From NCBI GenBank assembly GCA_041653495.1, contig JBAZFF010000003.1, positions 1 through 46,482 on the forward strand: a stretch of 46,482 nucleotides of DNA, given 5' to 3'. The position numbers were made by a program, and so were the translations under genes. The DNA comes from Minisyncoccota bacterium. Its GTDB lineage: Bacteria; Patescibacteriota; Minisyncoccia; Minisyncoccales; RBG-13-42-11. Positions within the stretch are counted from its first letter, which is position 1. The number at the start of each line of letters is the position of its first letter. The notes beneath the pieces were generated by a model that was not told the origin of the DNA, did no database searches, and saw only the letters and a program-made list of their open reading frames with translations. Below, piece after piece: positions 25,301-33,164 of the stretch.

Positions 25301-26045
25301 AGAGTGATTCTTTAAAATGCTGGTGTGGCGGAAGAGTATAGACGCTAATCAGAAGGAGGAGAACTTGCCCGGTGTAGCGATACGATGCGGGCAAGACCGC
25401 CCAGATGAGTATGGTAAGGCGGCGGGCAAGACGTAAAACGAGGCGTCATCACAACACGCCTATCCCCTTCACTCCAGGTATCAAATCCTGGCACCAGCAC
25501 CAAACAAAGGTAACGATGTATTATCCATCTCAAGCAATAATAGAAGCAGCGGCAAAAGAGGCCTACGGAACCTGCAATTACTTTTCCGCAGGGAACATAG
25601 AGGATGATAATCCGCTGAGCGCGGACGATAACTGGCCCTGGGTAAGGTACCCAACAGGGTTTGTTTAGCTTCAGTGTTGGCAGACCACGCAAAAACTGCC
25701 AGCCGCTGAATATGTGAAAGAGCGGTTAGAATATGAATCCAGTATACTAACCGCTCCATTGACAAGTTCAGTATCAGAAACAAGAAACTCCGCCATTGAT
25801 AACGGGCGAGGCAGCTTCATCCAACCTGTCTAATTGACAACGTACTTGGCGGCGTCTTTGAATTATCGGGGAATAGCTCAGATGGAAGCGAGTAGGCCGA
25901 GACAATTTCGAGGAACTGAAAGCGAAGAGCGACCGCAATAAAGCGGTGGGCCGAAGCATAGGGTAGCGGATAGACACTGATTTGTACCCGGTGGAACGAC
26001 CGTGAAATCCCGTCACCAAACTTCTTTCCCGGCCAAAAAAAATAA
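25301..26045 (+). ncRNA. candidate large structured non-coding RNA(s); class unknown
   Basis: About 745 nt with no RBS-preceded ORF of 60 aa or more, and higher GC than the flanks. It is packed with perfect helices, for example GAGCGGTTAG/CTAACCGCTC 25720-29/25747-56 and CTTGCCCG/CGGGCAAG 25364-71/25388-95. Strand is inferred from context only. A 50-aa ORF at 25516..25668 is an alternative explanation for part of it. Confidence 0.35.
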
Positions 26046-26055
26046 AAGGAGACAA

Positions 26056-26256
26056 ATGAGAAAAATTACCAGCCAGAGAAAGAAATTCAGAGAAGAAAAA
26101 GGCGCGCCGTTGTCTATTACTTGTCCTGAGTGCGATCATACCGATGTCGAAGAAGGATCCATAGCTTTCAATTCCAAGATTATGGATTCTCATATCTGTT
26201 CTCATTGTCTAACCGAATTCAAGCTTTCGGAAAGAAAGGAGAGAAAAGGGATATGA
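26056..26256 (+). CDS. small zinc-ribbon protein
   Basis: ATG follows AAAAGGAGA. CPEC...CSHC pairs are present. 66 aa. Confidence 0.5.
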   Translation: MRKITSQRKKFREEKGAPLSITCPECDHTDVEEGSIAFNSKIMDSHICSHCLTEFKLSERKERKGI

Positions 26257-26981
26257 AAATAGGTACGAAGAGTCTTCTTTTCGGCGCCCATCAATTTTTT
26301 ATTCACCCTTTACTTGTTGCTCTTGCCTGGTGGAAGCTTTACGGCTTCCCTTGGGATCCTCGCCTTTGGTTTGCCTTCTTCTTACACGATATTGGCTATT
26401 GGGGGAAGGCGGATATGGATGGGAAAGAAGGAAGTGAACATATGATTTTAGGCGCGAAAATTATGAGTCGTCTTTTCGATCATAGTAATGAATTTAAGGA
26501 TATCTATGGAGACGATAATCATGCAGATAAGAAGTATGAATATTTGAGAGAAAACGGATGGAACTTTGTCAATATTGGGTTTTATAAGAAGGAAAGAATT
26601 ATCACAATGTATCGAAAATCTCGTAAGTGGTATCATTTCTGCCTCTATCATAGTCGTTTTTTTTCTTGTCTTCATGGCGTCAACCCTTCTCGTTTAGGTA
26701 TTGCAGACAAGTTTTCTCTTTGTTTAGAACCGGCTTGGTTGTATCTGTATAGGATTCGTTTGTCCGGGGAAATCAAGGAATATATGCCGTTGTCGGAGGA
26801 TCGATGGGCTAAAGGCGAGCCCAGATTTGTTTCGAAGAAGAAAGGAACAAACGCAGAAGAGCAATGGTTCTATAACGTACAGGAATTTTGTTCAAGATGG
26901 GCCGAAATGATTCTGATTTCTGACGGTATCGATAAATGGACCAATGCAACCAATGCAAAGGAGAGAAGATATGAAGCTTAA
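26253..26981 (+). CDS. HD-domain phosphohydrolase-like protein
   Basis: 'AFFLHDIGYWGK' provides the HD dyad, preceded by 'HQFFIHP' and followed by 'GSEHMILGAKI', 'CLYHSRF' and 'LGIADK' (H...HD...H...H...D layout). The N-terminus is hydrophobic. Confidence 0.5.
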   Translation: MKIGTKSLLFGAHQFFIHPLLVALAWWKLYGFPWDPRLWFAFFLHDIGYWGKADMDGKEGSEHMILGAKIMSRLFDHSNEFKDIYGDDNHADKKYEYLRENGWNFVNIGFYKKERIITMYRKSRKWYHFCLYHSRFFSCLHGVNPSRLGIADKFSLCLEPAWLYLYRIRLSGEIKEYMPLSEDRWAKGEPRFVSKKKGTNAEEQWFYNVQEFCSRWAEMILISDGIDKWTNATNAKERRYEA

Positions 26982-27219
26982 ATATGTCATGATTGACAAT
27001 TGTATTCCTATTATTTTCCCCGATTTGATTGTCCATAAGCATTTTGATTTTCTTTGTCATTTATATTCGCAAATCACATCTGCTGGATTTTTTCATGTAG
27101 ATAAAGATTCGTCCGGCAACTTGAAGGCCGTTGTTTATGGATTTTCTCAGTCTTTGAATTTAAAGCCTGCCACTGCCGACAGCGATATCTTGACCAAAGT
27201 TCTTAATAGTGGCGAATAG
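26971..27219 (+). CDS. hypothetical protein
   Basis: ATG at 26971 follows AAAGGAGAG. 82 aa, no motif. Confidence 0.45.
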   Translation: MKLKYVMIDNCIPIIFPDLIVHKHFDFLCHLYSQITSAGFFHVDKDSSGNLKAVVYGFSQSLNLKPATADSDILTKVLNSGE

Positions 27220-27301
27220 ACAATGGAATTCACTGTCTTCGGAGTTTTGATTTTATGGTTGGGTTTGTTGGCTATAATAACTATTAAGGGAGGATGAAGA
27301 A

Positions 27302-27856
27302 ATGAAGAAAAGATTGTCTTTAAAGATTTTGGAAGTTGTAAGAATGTATGCGGCGCTCGACACTCTTATCAACATGTCAGGCATCTCGTACAAAAAACTT
27401 TATTGGCTTGACAGAAACCGGAAGGTCTTGCTTCCTGTTTTTAAACGATGGCAGAAGGTAGCGGCAGAGATTACGGATAAATATTATGTCTCTGCTCCTG
27501 AATTTGCTTTCGTGTCGGCAGAGAATTATCCTGCATTCAAGGAAGAATTGCTCCGTTACGAGCAAGCCGAAAGTTCTATTCTTCCTATTTGCGAAAAGTA
27601 TGAAATAAAGCTTCCCCAAGGAAGAGGGATTCCTCCGGAGAAAAGTCGGGAAGTGAATTATGAAGTCGCAGAGGCAGCGGAGAAATTTCCTTTGTCGGAG
27701 ATTGATATCTATATGATTGTTGTCGATGAGCCTTTTGAATTCGTTCTGAAGAATTTGCCGGGAGATATGCAACTCGACCTTGCGCCGATGCTTGTGGTTA
27801 ATCATACGGGGCTTGTTATGACAGAGGATCAAATTATTGCAAACAACAAGGATTGA
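27302..27856 (+). CDS. hypothetical protein
   Basis: Preceded by a TATAAT at 27273-78 and RBS AAGGGAGGA. 184 aa, no motif. Confidence 0.55.
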   Translation: MKKRLSLKILEVVRMYAALDTLINMSGISYKKLYWLDRNRKVLLPVFKRWQKVAAEITDKYYVSAPEFAFVSAENYPAFKEELLRYEQAESSILPICEKYEIKLPQGRGIPPEKSREVNYEVAEAAEKFPLSEIDIYMIVVDEPFEFVLKNLPGDMQLDLAPMLVVNHTGLVMTEDQIIANNKD

Positions 27857-27859
27857 AAA

Positions 27860-28408
27860 ATGAGAACATTAAGAAGAAGGGCGGGAGAAGAAATGGAATG
27901 TCTGCAAGCGACGAGTAAGACTTATTCTCATGTTAATTCTATTCTCTTCTGTCCGCAATGCGAAACGATTTTTCATCCGACCATATTTATGCGGGATTGT
28001 CCGTGTTGCGCTAATAGATCAACGGTTTCTTTCTTCCGCAGAAATATTGTCCGGAAGGAGGCTCATGATGAAAGTGCTATTGATAGGAATCGTCGTCTGT
28101 TGTATCGCTTTTCAGTTGGTCATGTTGATGGAGAAGATTGCGCCTGTGCAGTCTGTGAGTCACGACGAAATAAAATTCTCATCGACAACAATACCGAAGC
28201 CCAGCCAGAAAATCTTATCGTCGGTGAATATGGCGTCTTCTCTGACTGGACTATCAAATCGGTTTTTGGTGGCTTTGATGTTTTCCGAAAGCTCTTTCAA
28301 CCAACGGGCGGTTTCTTCAAAGTCTTATCATGGCCTGATGCAGATTCGTTGGCCGATATACGATCCAGATGTAAACGTGCTTTCCGGCGCCAAGACGTTC
28401 GTGGATAA
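27860..28408 (+). CDS. zinc-ribbon protein; 3' extent doubtful
   Basis: The N-terminal 70 aa carry CPQC...CPCC. The last 344 nt overlap the SLT gene out of frame, and the SLT gene has clear motifs, so the distal part of this ORF may not be meaningful coding sequence. Confidence 0.3.
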   Translation: MRTLRRRAGEEMECLQATSKTYSHVNSILFCPQCETIFHPTIFMRDCPCCANRSTVSFFRRNIVRKEAHDESAIDRNRRLLYRFSVGHVDGEDCACAVCESRRNKILIDNNTEAQPENLIVGEYGVFSDWTIKSVFGGFDVFRKLFQPTGGFFKVLSWPDADSLADIRSRCKRAFRRQDVRG

Positions 28409-28535
28409 GCTCAAGCAAACAGATGGTGATTATCTCAAGGCAATATGTCTTTACAAGGGATGGCCGGAAAGCAGCAGGGAAGGTCAACAGCAGGCAAGAA
28501 AAGTAATGATTCTGGCAAGAACAATTCAGATGTAG
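28065..28535 (+). CDS. lytic transglycosylase (SLT domain) with N-terminal transmembrane/signal-anchor helix; endolysin candidate
   Basis: 'MMKVLLIGIVVCCIAFQLVML' is hydrophobic. 'ALMFSESSFNQRAVSSKSYHGLMQI' matches the SLT catalytic motif (ES-x-F-N...A-x-S...G-L-M-Q). RBS GGAAGGAGG precedes the ATG at 28065. Confidence 0.8.
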   Translation: MMKVLLIGIVVCCIAFQLVMLMEKIAPVQSVSHDEIKFSSTTIPKPSQKILSSVNMASSLTGLSNRFLVALMFSESSFNQRAVSSKSYHGLMQIRWPIYDPDVNVLSGAKTFVDKLKQTDGDYLKAICLYKGWPESSREGQQQARKVMILARTIQM

Positions 28536-28616
28536 CCCTCGCGAGGGCGTAGGAATGGGAGGAACCGTGCGGCTCACCCGAAAGGGCGTCGAAAGTTCTT
28601 ACCGGCCTCCCGTTCC
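28535..28616 (+). other. structured intergenic RNA element (two stem-loops)
   Basis: A GCCCT/AGGGC palindromic hairpin at 28535-48 is followed by an 11-bp stem, GGAATGGGAGG (28552-62) with CCTCCCGTTCC (28606-16, one G-U pair). That stem encloses a CCC-GAAA-GGG tetraloop hairpin. There is no U-tract. Confidence 0.4.
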
Positions 28617-28649
28617 ACCTAAAATTCAAGCCGAGAAGGAGTGGAGAAA

Positions 28650-28895
28650 ATGAGTAGGGCGTGGTGCAAAGAATGTGGAAGATGGTTGAAGCCGACGAGA
28701 GGGATTGGTTTTAGCGGGGGCCTGGCAATATTTGTTTTGGCTTGGCTTACTTGTGGTCTTGCGTTTCTCGCTTTGCTTTTGATGCCAAAGAGATGTTCGT
28801 ACTGCGGATCACGCAAACTTTCGTATAACTTCAAGCCGAAAATTTCTCCTATTCACTCATATCCTGAATTGACAAGAAAGAGAGGTAAAAAATGA
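28650..28895 (+). CDS. membrane zinc-ribbon protein (holin-like candidate)
   Basis: 'CKEC...' then the transmembrane segment 'GGLAIFVLAWLTCGLAFLALLL', then 'CSYC'. RBS AAGGAG. It is immediately downstream of the SLT gene. The GTG at 28641 is an alternative start. Confidence 0.5.
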   Translation: MSRAWCKECGRWLKPTRGIGFSGGLAIFVLAWLTCGLAFLALLLMPKRCSYCGSRKLSYNFKPKISPIHSYPELTRKRGKK

Positions 28896-29179
28896 AAGAT
28901 GACATAGCAGCAGAGCAGGAAACAGTGACGGAGAATCTCAAAGGCAAGATGAGGATCAGTCGTCTCGTTCGTTTCGGTTGCTGGCTCAAGCAGGAATGGC
29001 AGGATCTTCACATAAGTTTTCACAAGTGGAGCTTTCGGATGCTGGTCATGTTTCTTTGCGGGATTGCAGCGGGTCTTTATATCTCAATGAAGATATGGGA
29101 CTGGCGCATGGATCAAGCGGTGAGACTCAAGGGCGTCGTTATTTCGCAGGTCGTTTACGATCTCAAGGAAAGACCGTGA
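28892..29179 (+). CDS. single-pass membrane protein (lysis-accessory candidate)
   Basis: Transmembrane segment 'MLVMFLCGIAAGLYISMKIW'. Translationally coupled (ATGA) to the previous gene. Confidence 0.45.
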   Translation: MKDDIAAEQETVTENLKGKMRISRLVRFGCWLKQEWQDLHISFHKWSFRMLVMFLCGIAAGLYISMKIWDWRMDQAVRLKGVVISQVVYDLKERP

Positions 29180-29239
29180 AGATTAAAAGGCCAAAAGGCA
29201 ATGGGTCTTTGAGGAAAGTAAAATTGAACAGGAGATAAA

Positions 29240-30394
29240 ATGAAGAAAGTAATTGTTACCGAAAGAATCCCTATAAAAATGTGGCTGGGTGATATTGAAC
29301 AAGGAGCATTAAACCAAGGTTTGAATCTTGCCAATCTACCTTTTGCCTTCAAGCACATTGCCATCATGCCGGATGCCCATCAGGGCTATGGAATGCCCAT
29401 TGGAGGTGTTCTGGCGACTCGCAGGGCGGTTATCCCAAACGCCGTGGGCGTTGACATTGGCTGTGGTATGTGCGCGGTAAGGACTGACTTAACAGACATC
29501 AGCCAGGAAACACTCAAGAAAATAATGGAGAGAATCCGCGAAGCTGTCCCGGTCGGTTTTAAACACCATGCAGAACCACAAGAAAACGACTTTTACCTTC
29601 CCGGTCAGTTCGGCCCGATTATCGCCCAGGAAGAAGGGAACATTGACTACCAGATAGGAACTCTTGGTGGTGGAAACCATTTCATTGAAATTCAGAAAGG
29701 TTCTGATGGGAATTTTTGGATTATGATTCATTCCGGAAGCCGCAACCTTGGCAAGAAGGTGGCTGATTTCTACAACAAGATAGCTGTTAAGCTGAACGAA
29801 CAGTGGCATTCTTCAGTTCCTAAGCAATGGGAGCTTGCCTTTCTGCCGATGGATACGCCGGAATACAAGGGATACCTTCAGGATATGCAGATATGTGTGG
29901 ACTTTGCCCTTGCAAACCGGAAACTCATGATGGACAGAATAACGGCGATATTTTATACTGAAACACTTTGCGATTTCGAGTCGATGATTAATATTGCTCA
30001 CAACTATGCAAAGATGGAAAATCATTTTGGAGAGAATGTGCTCGTACACAGGAAGGGTGCTACATCAGCAAAGGTCGGGCAGATAGGAATCATACCAGGA
30101 TCACAGGGGACAAAGAGCTACGTCGTAGAAGGCATGGGAAATCCAGAAAGTTTTCAAAGCTGTTCGCATGGAGCCGGAAGGTGCATGGGAAGAAAAGATG
30201 CCACCAGAAGGCTTGATCTTAAGACAGAAATCAAGAGACTTGACGATCAGGGCATTATTCATGGCATCAGAAATATAGACGATCTCGACGAGGCGGCGGG
30301 GGCATATAAGGATATTGCCGTTGTCATGGAAAATCAGAAGGATCTCGTTAAGATTCTTGTTGAACTTAAACCGGTGGCTGTTATTAAAGGATAA
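29240..30394 (+). CDS. rtcB: RtcB RNA ligase (3'-phosphate/5'-hydroxyl)
   Basis: 'MPDAHQGYGMPIGGV', 'VGVDIGCGM', 'GGGNHFIEIQ', 'HSGSRNLG', 'HRKGAT', 'IPGSQGTKSY' and 'SCSHGAGR' form the complete set of RtcB metal- and GMP-His motifs. Confidence 0.92.
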   Translation: MKKVIVTERIPIKMWLGDIEQGALNQGLNLANLPFAFKHIAIMPDAHQGYGMPIGGVLATRRAVIPNAVGVDIGCGMCAVRTDLTDISQETLKKIMERIREAVPVGFKHHAEPQENDFYLPGQFGPIIAQEEGNIDYQIGTLGGGNHFIEIQKGSDGNFWIMIHSGSRNLGKKVADFYNKIAVKLNEQWHSSVPKQWELAFLPMDTPEYKGYLQDMQICVDFALANRKLMMDRITAIFYTETLCDFESMINIAHNYAKMENHFGENVLVHRKGATSAKVGQIGIIPGSQGTKSYVVEGMGNPESFQSCSHGAGRCMGRKDATRRLDLKTEIKRLDDQGIIHGIRNIDDLDEAAGAYKDIAVVMENQKDLVKILVELKPVAVIKG

Positions 30395-30409
30395 TAAAAG
30401 GTGATATAA

Positions 30410-30814
30410 ATGGATCATGAATCCACCAGAAAGAGATTCGAGGAAATTATTTTCGCGGACTATTTCATTAGAGGTATAAACTTTAATGGCGGCGGGCAGT
30501 TCGCTGAGGTCAAACACAAATTGCATAAAGATGAGTTGTGTGAACGTGAAGGAGAGTCTTATAAGAGAGAAGAAGTCTCCGCCATGTGGCACGGCTGGAA
30601 GCTTGCAATGAAAGTAAAAGGTGAAGGCAGGAATGGCTGGGTTGTAGAAAATGGTCAATCGGGTTCAGATTTGCGATACAGAAGCATGAAGTTCGGCCAA
30701 GTTTTCTGGACGGATAAAATCAAAGAAGCTCTTCGATTCTTTCGTAGAGAAGATGCTGAAATGTTTTCTGAAGAAGATGAGGATGCCTGGAGAATTGTGG
30801 AGGTGAAGGAATGA
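30410..30814 (+). CDS. hypothetical protein
   Basis: Clean 134-aa ORF, no motif. Confidence 0.5.
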   Translation: MDHESTRKRFEEIIFADYFIRGINFNGGGQFAEVKHKLHKDELCEREGESYKREEVSAMWHGWKLAMKVKGEGRNGWVVENGQSGSDLRYRSMKFGQVFWTDKIKEALRFFRREDAEMFSEEDEDAWRIVEVKE

Positions 30815-31011
30815 AAAAGCAACGTAAGTATTTTCTTGTCGCAGTTGACCTCCCGGAAGATATGACTATTCCAGAAATGGCCGATTACATCAGAGAGGCG
30901 GTTGAGACATGGGGAGGACAGTATTCGCCTGATGATGTTCGTTCCGATGAAAAGAATACGACCGTGAGGCCGACACAGACTCCCTCGACTATAGTAAGGC
31001 AATCACGATGA
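30811..31011 (+). CDS. hypothetical protein
   Basis: 66 aa, coupled starts/stops, no motif. Confidence 0.4.
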   Translation: MKKQRKYFLVAVDLPEDMTIPEMADYIREAVETWGGQYSPDDVRSDEKNTTVRPTQTPSTIVRQSR

Positions 31012-31313
31012 CAGCCCTCGCAAAGCTCAAGGAGCTAATTGTCATGCTTCAGTCTGCCGCAGAGCAGCATGAAGACGACCTTATCAGCGGCAAGGAGATG
31101 CAGCAGAAAGCCCAAAAGTATGTTCGGGACTATCTCGCCGACAAAGAGGTTGGCAATACAATTCGAATTCTGCCGTTTGGTTTGCACAGAGGAAAGAAGA
31201 TTACTGAAATCGAAACTGATTATCTCAAGTGGTTGATGGATCAGGAATGGTTCGAAGAGAAGCAAAAGGATATCTATAACGATGTCAAAGAAGAACTTGA
31301 AGGGAGAGAATAG
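31008..31313 (+). CDS. DUF3820-like protein
   Basis: 'LPFGLHRGKKITEIETDYLKWLMDQEW' matches the 'FGKHKGK...I...YL.WL' signature I associate with DUF3820. Confidence 0.45.
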   Translation: MTALAKLKELIVMLQSAAEQHEDDLISGKEMQQKAQKYVRDYLADKEVGNTIRILPFGLHRGKKITEIETDYLKWLMDQEWFEEKQKDIYNDVKEELEGRE

Positions 31314-31664
31314 ATGAACGGTTGGATTGGTGTTGATTTGGACGGGACTCTTGCTCTGTATGATCATTGGCGTGGAGCGGATAATATCGGCGAGGCAATT
31401 CCCGCAATGCTGGTCAGAGTGAAGGACTGGATTGCAGAAGGCCGAACTGTGAAAATATTCACGGCGAGAGCTTGTGAGCCGGAACAAATTCCTTACGTCG
31501 AAAAATGGCTTGAAGAGAACGGCATCGGCGGTCTTGAAGTGACTTGTTCAAAAGACTTCGGGATGTTTGAATTATGGGACGACAGAAGCGTTCGCGTTAT
31601 TGCGAATACAGGTTGTCCTTGTTGCTCAGATCATCAGGTAAGATCGACTTCTGATAACGGATAG
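31314..31664 (+). CDS. HAD-superfamily phosphatase-like protein
   Basis: Motif I 'IGVDLDGTLA' (DxDxT) and motif II 'KIFTARA'. 116 aa. Confidence 0.55.
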   Translation: MNGWIGVDLDGTLALYDHWRGADNIGEAIPAMLVRVKDWIAEGRTVKIFTARACEPEQIPYVEKWLEENGIGGLEVTCSKDFGMFELWDDRSVRVIANTGCPCCSDHQVRSTSDNG

Positions 31665-31678
31665 GAAGGGACGGTAAA

Positions 31679-32008
31679 ATGTCGGATCAGGAAAAAGAAT
31701 TCGATAAGTCCAAGGGCGCAAAGTTTGACGTCGGAAAGCAAGGCTGGTATCCGATGCCTTTGGTCATTCTCGAGCCTCTTGCAGATGTATTTTTGGCTGG
31801 AGAAAAGAAGTATGAGTGCTTCAATTGCTTGAAGCCGTTTGAAGATTCAGACCGAAGATTTTGGGATGCAACAATGCGGCACCTTGCGGCGTGTCAGATA
31901 GATCCTTTATCGAAAGATACAGAGACAGGATGTTATCATGCGGCGCAGGTAGCGTTCAATATCCTTTTGCGGCTTCATAGTGCTTTAAGGATAAAGGAGG
32001 AAAAATGA
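31679..32008 (+). CDS. DUF5664-like protein (dATP/dGTP diphosphohydrolase N-terminal-like domain), tentative
   Basis: 'KFDVGKQGWYPMPLVILEPLADVFLAGEKKY' resembles the 'K.D.GK..w.L.P...l..va.v..fGa.KY' signature. The call is from memory of the family only. Confidence 0.4.
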   Translation: MSDQEKEFDKSKGAKFDVGKQGWYPMPLVILEPLADVFLAGEKKYECFNCLKPFEDSDRRFWDATMRHLAACQIDPLSKDTETGCYHAAQVAFNILLRLHSALRIKEEK

Positions 32009-32373
32009 ACCAACTTAACCAACTTAACTATGCAAGCCTTGAAGCAAGCAAGAGGCTGTTTGATGCAGGTATTGCACTGGAGACGGAGGCGATACATAGA
32101 GTATATGCAAATGGCAGCTCTCGACTTATGATGAAAGATATATCGGCCTGCTCCTGGGAGGGAGACATTCCCGCCCCTTCAATGGCCGAAGTGTGGAGGG
32201 AGTTGCCGGAGTGTTACTATACAACTGCATCACAGTCAGAACTACATTTTAACATGACAAAAACTCATTGTGGATACACTGGCGAAAAGGGTGATGGATT
32301 TATGATTCCATATACCAACCACACTGACGCCCTTATCGACCTTCTCATCTGGATAAGAAAGGAGAAGCCATGA
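32005..32373 (+). CDS. hypothetical protein
   Basis: 122 aa, coupled to neighbours, no motif. Confidence 0.5.
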   Translation: MNQLNQLNYASLEASKRLFDAGIALETEAIHRVYANGSSRLMMKDISACSWEGDIPAPSMAEVWRELPECYYTTASQSELHFNMTKTHCGYTGEKGDGFMIPYTNHTDALIDLLIWIRKEKP

Positions 32374-32747
32374 CAACCTACACCATGACCGAAGACCAAA
32401 AGAAGATGCTCACTGAGAAGTTGTTGGGTGAGTGCTGGCATGAATACTCAGACCAATTTGGAAGTGATAATATACTATGTAGAAAGTGTGGGATATTTGC
32501 AATTAGGCACACCTTCACTACCGTGCAGGATGCCCACGATGTAATGAAGGTGTTGGTGGAAAAGGGGGAGTGGGATAGTTTTAGCCTATTTGCTCTTACT
32601 GAATGGTGGAATGAAGATGGCGGGAATGACTGGCCGACTCCTTCTCCTAAAGAAATGCGGAAGGATTTTATTCCGTGGCTCTTCATCAACCCCGCCCGCT
32701 TCTGCTGGCTGGCAGCGAAATACTTGGAGGAAAGCAATGCCGTTTGA
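32370..32747 (+). CDS. hypothetical protein
   Basis: 125 aa, no motif. Confidence 0.5.
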   Translation: MTTYTMTEDQKKMLTEKLLGECWHEYSDQFGSDNILCRKCGIFAIRHTFTTVQDAHDVMKVLVEKGEWDSFSLFALTEWWNEDGGNDWPTPSPKEMRKDFIPWLFINPARFCWLAAKYLEESNAV

Positions 32748-32904
32748 TGCTTATGACTATTACGGGCTAACAATCGAAGCCATCGCCTCCTGTGCCCTTG
32801 AAGGCAACTCGGAAGCGATCAGGATACTGAAGTTGCAGAAAACCGATCACGATCAGTTCCTTATTGAAGTCAAGAAGATTATGAAAAGAACGAAAGGAGA
32901 ATAG
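32737..32904 (+). CDS. hypothetical small protein
   Basis: The ATG at 32737 overlaps the previous gene's end. 55 aa. Confidence 0.4.
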   Translation: MPFDAYDYYGLTIEAIASCALEGNSEAIRILKLQKTDHDQFLIEVKKIMKRTKGE

Positions 32905-32905
32905 A

Positions 32906-33157
32906 ATGCTTTATTTTTCATATGATCCAAACGGATTAGGTCTTTCCTATCACGATTCGGCAGACGAGGCAAAGGCAGCCGCCGAAAATGCGATTGAACA
33001 GGAAAGGGAAAATTGTGACGATGATCCAGGATGGTCAGAAAATGTAAATGAAATTTGCTGGGGAATAGTTCAGGAAGTAGCAACAGAGGGTGAGCGCAAG
33101 CCTGACGAAACAGGAAAACATGATTATATCGTTGATTACACTTTGAAGGAAGCGTGA
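32906..33157 (+). CDS. hypothetical acidic protein
   Basis: 83 aa, no motif. Confidence 0.45.
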   Translation: MLYFSYDPNGLGLSYHDSADEAKAAAENAIEQERENCDDDPGWSENVNEICWGIVQEVATEGERKPDETGKHDYIVDYTLKEA

Positions 33158-33164
33158 TAATTTG

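Noticed and set aside
25866-26010. tRNA- or tmRNA-like start 'GGGGAATAGCTCAGATGGAAGCGAG' inside the structured interval.
   Set aside because: The D-arm-like segment is suggestive. However, there is no complementary acceptor 3' strand (ATTCCCC), no GTTCRANYC T-loop and no CCA end downstream. There is also no plausible tag reading frame ending in hydrophobic residues, so it is not a canonical tRNA or tmRNA.
25301-26045. Group I/II intron interpretation of the structured interval.
   Set aside because: The flanking ORFs (24688..25104 and 26056..26256) do not look like halves of one conserved gene. No intron-encoded endonuclease or reverse transcriptase is present, and I could not recognise the P7/G-binding or domain V consensus by eye. 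I left it as an unknown ncRNA candidate; a covariance-model search is needed.
32007-32027. Tandem 9-mer AACCAACTT x2.3.
   Set aside because: It simply encodes 'NQLNQLN' at the N-terminus of CDS 32005..32373. It is too short to be a regulatory or CRISPR-like repeat.
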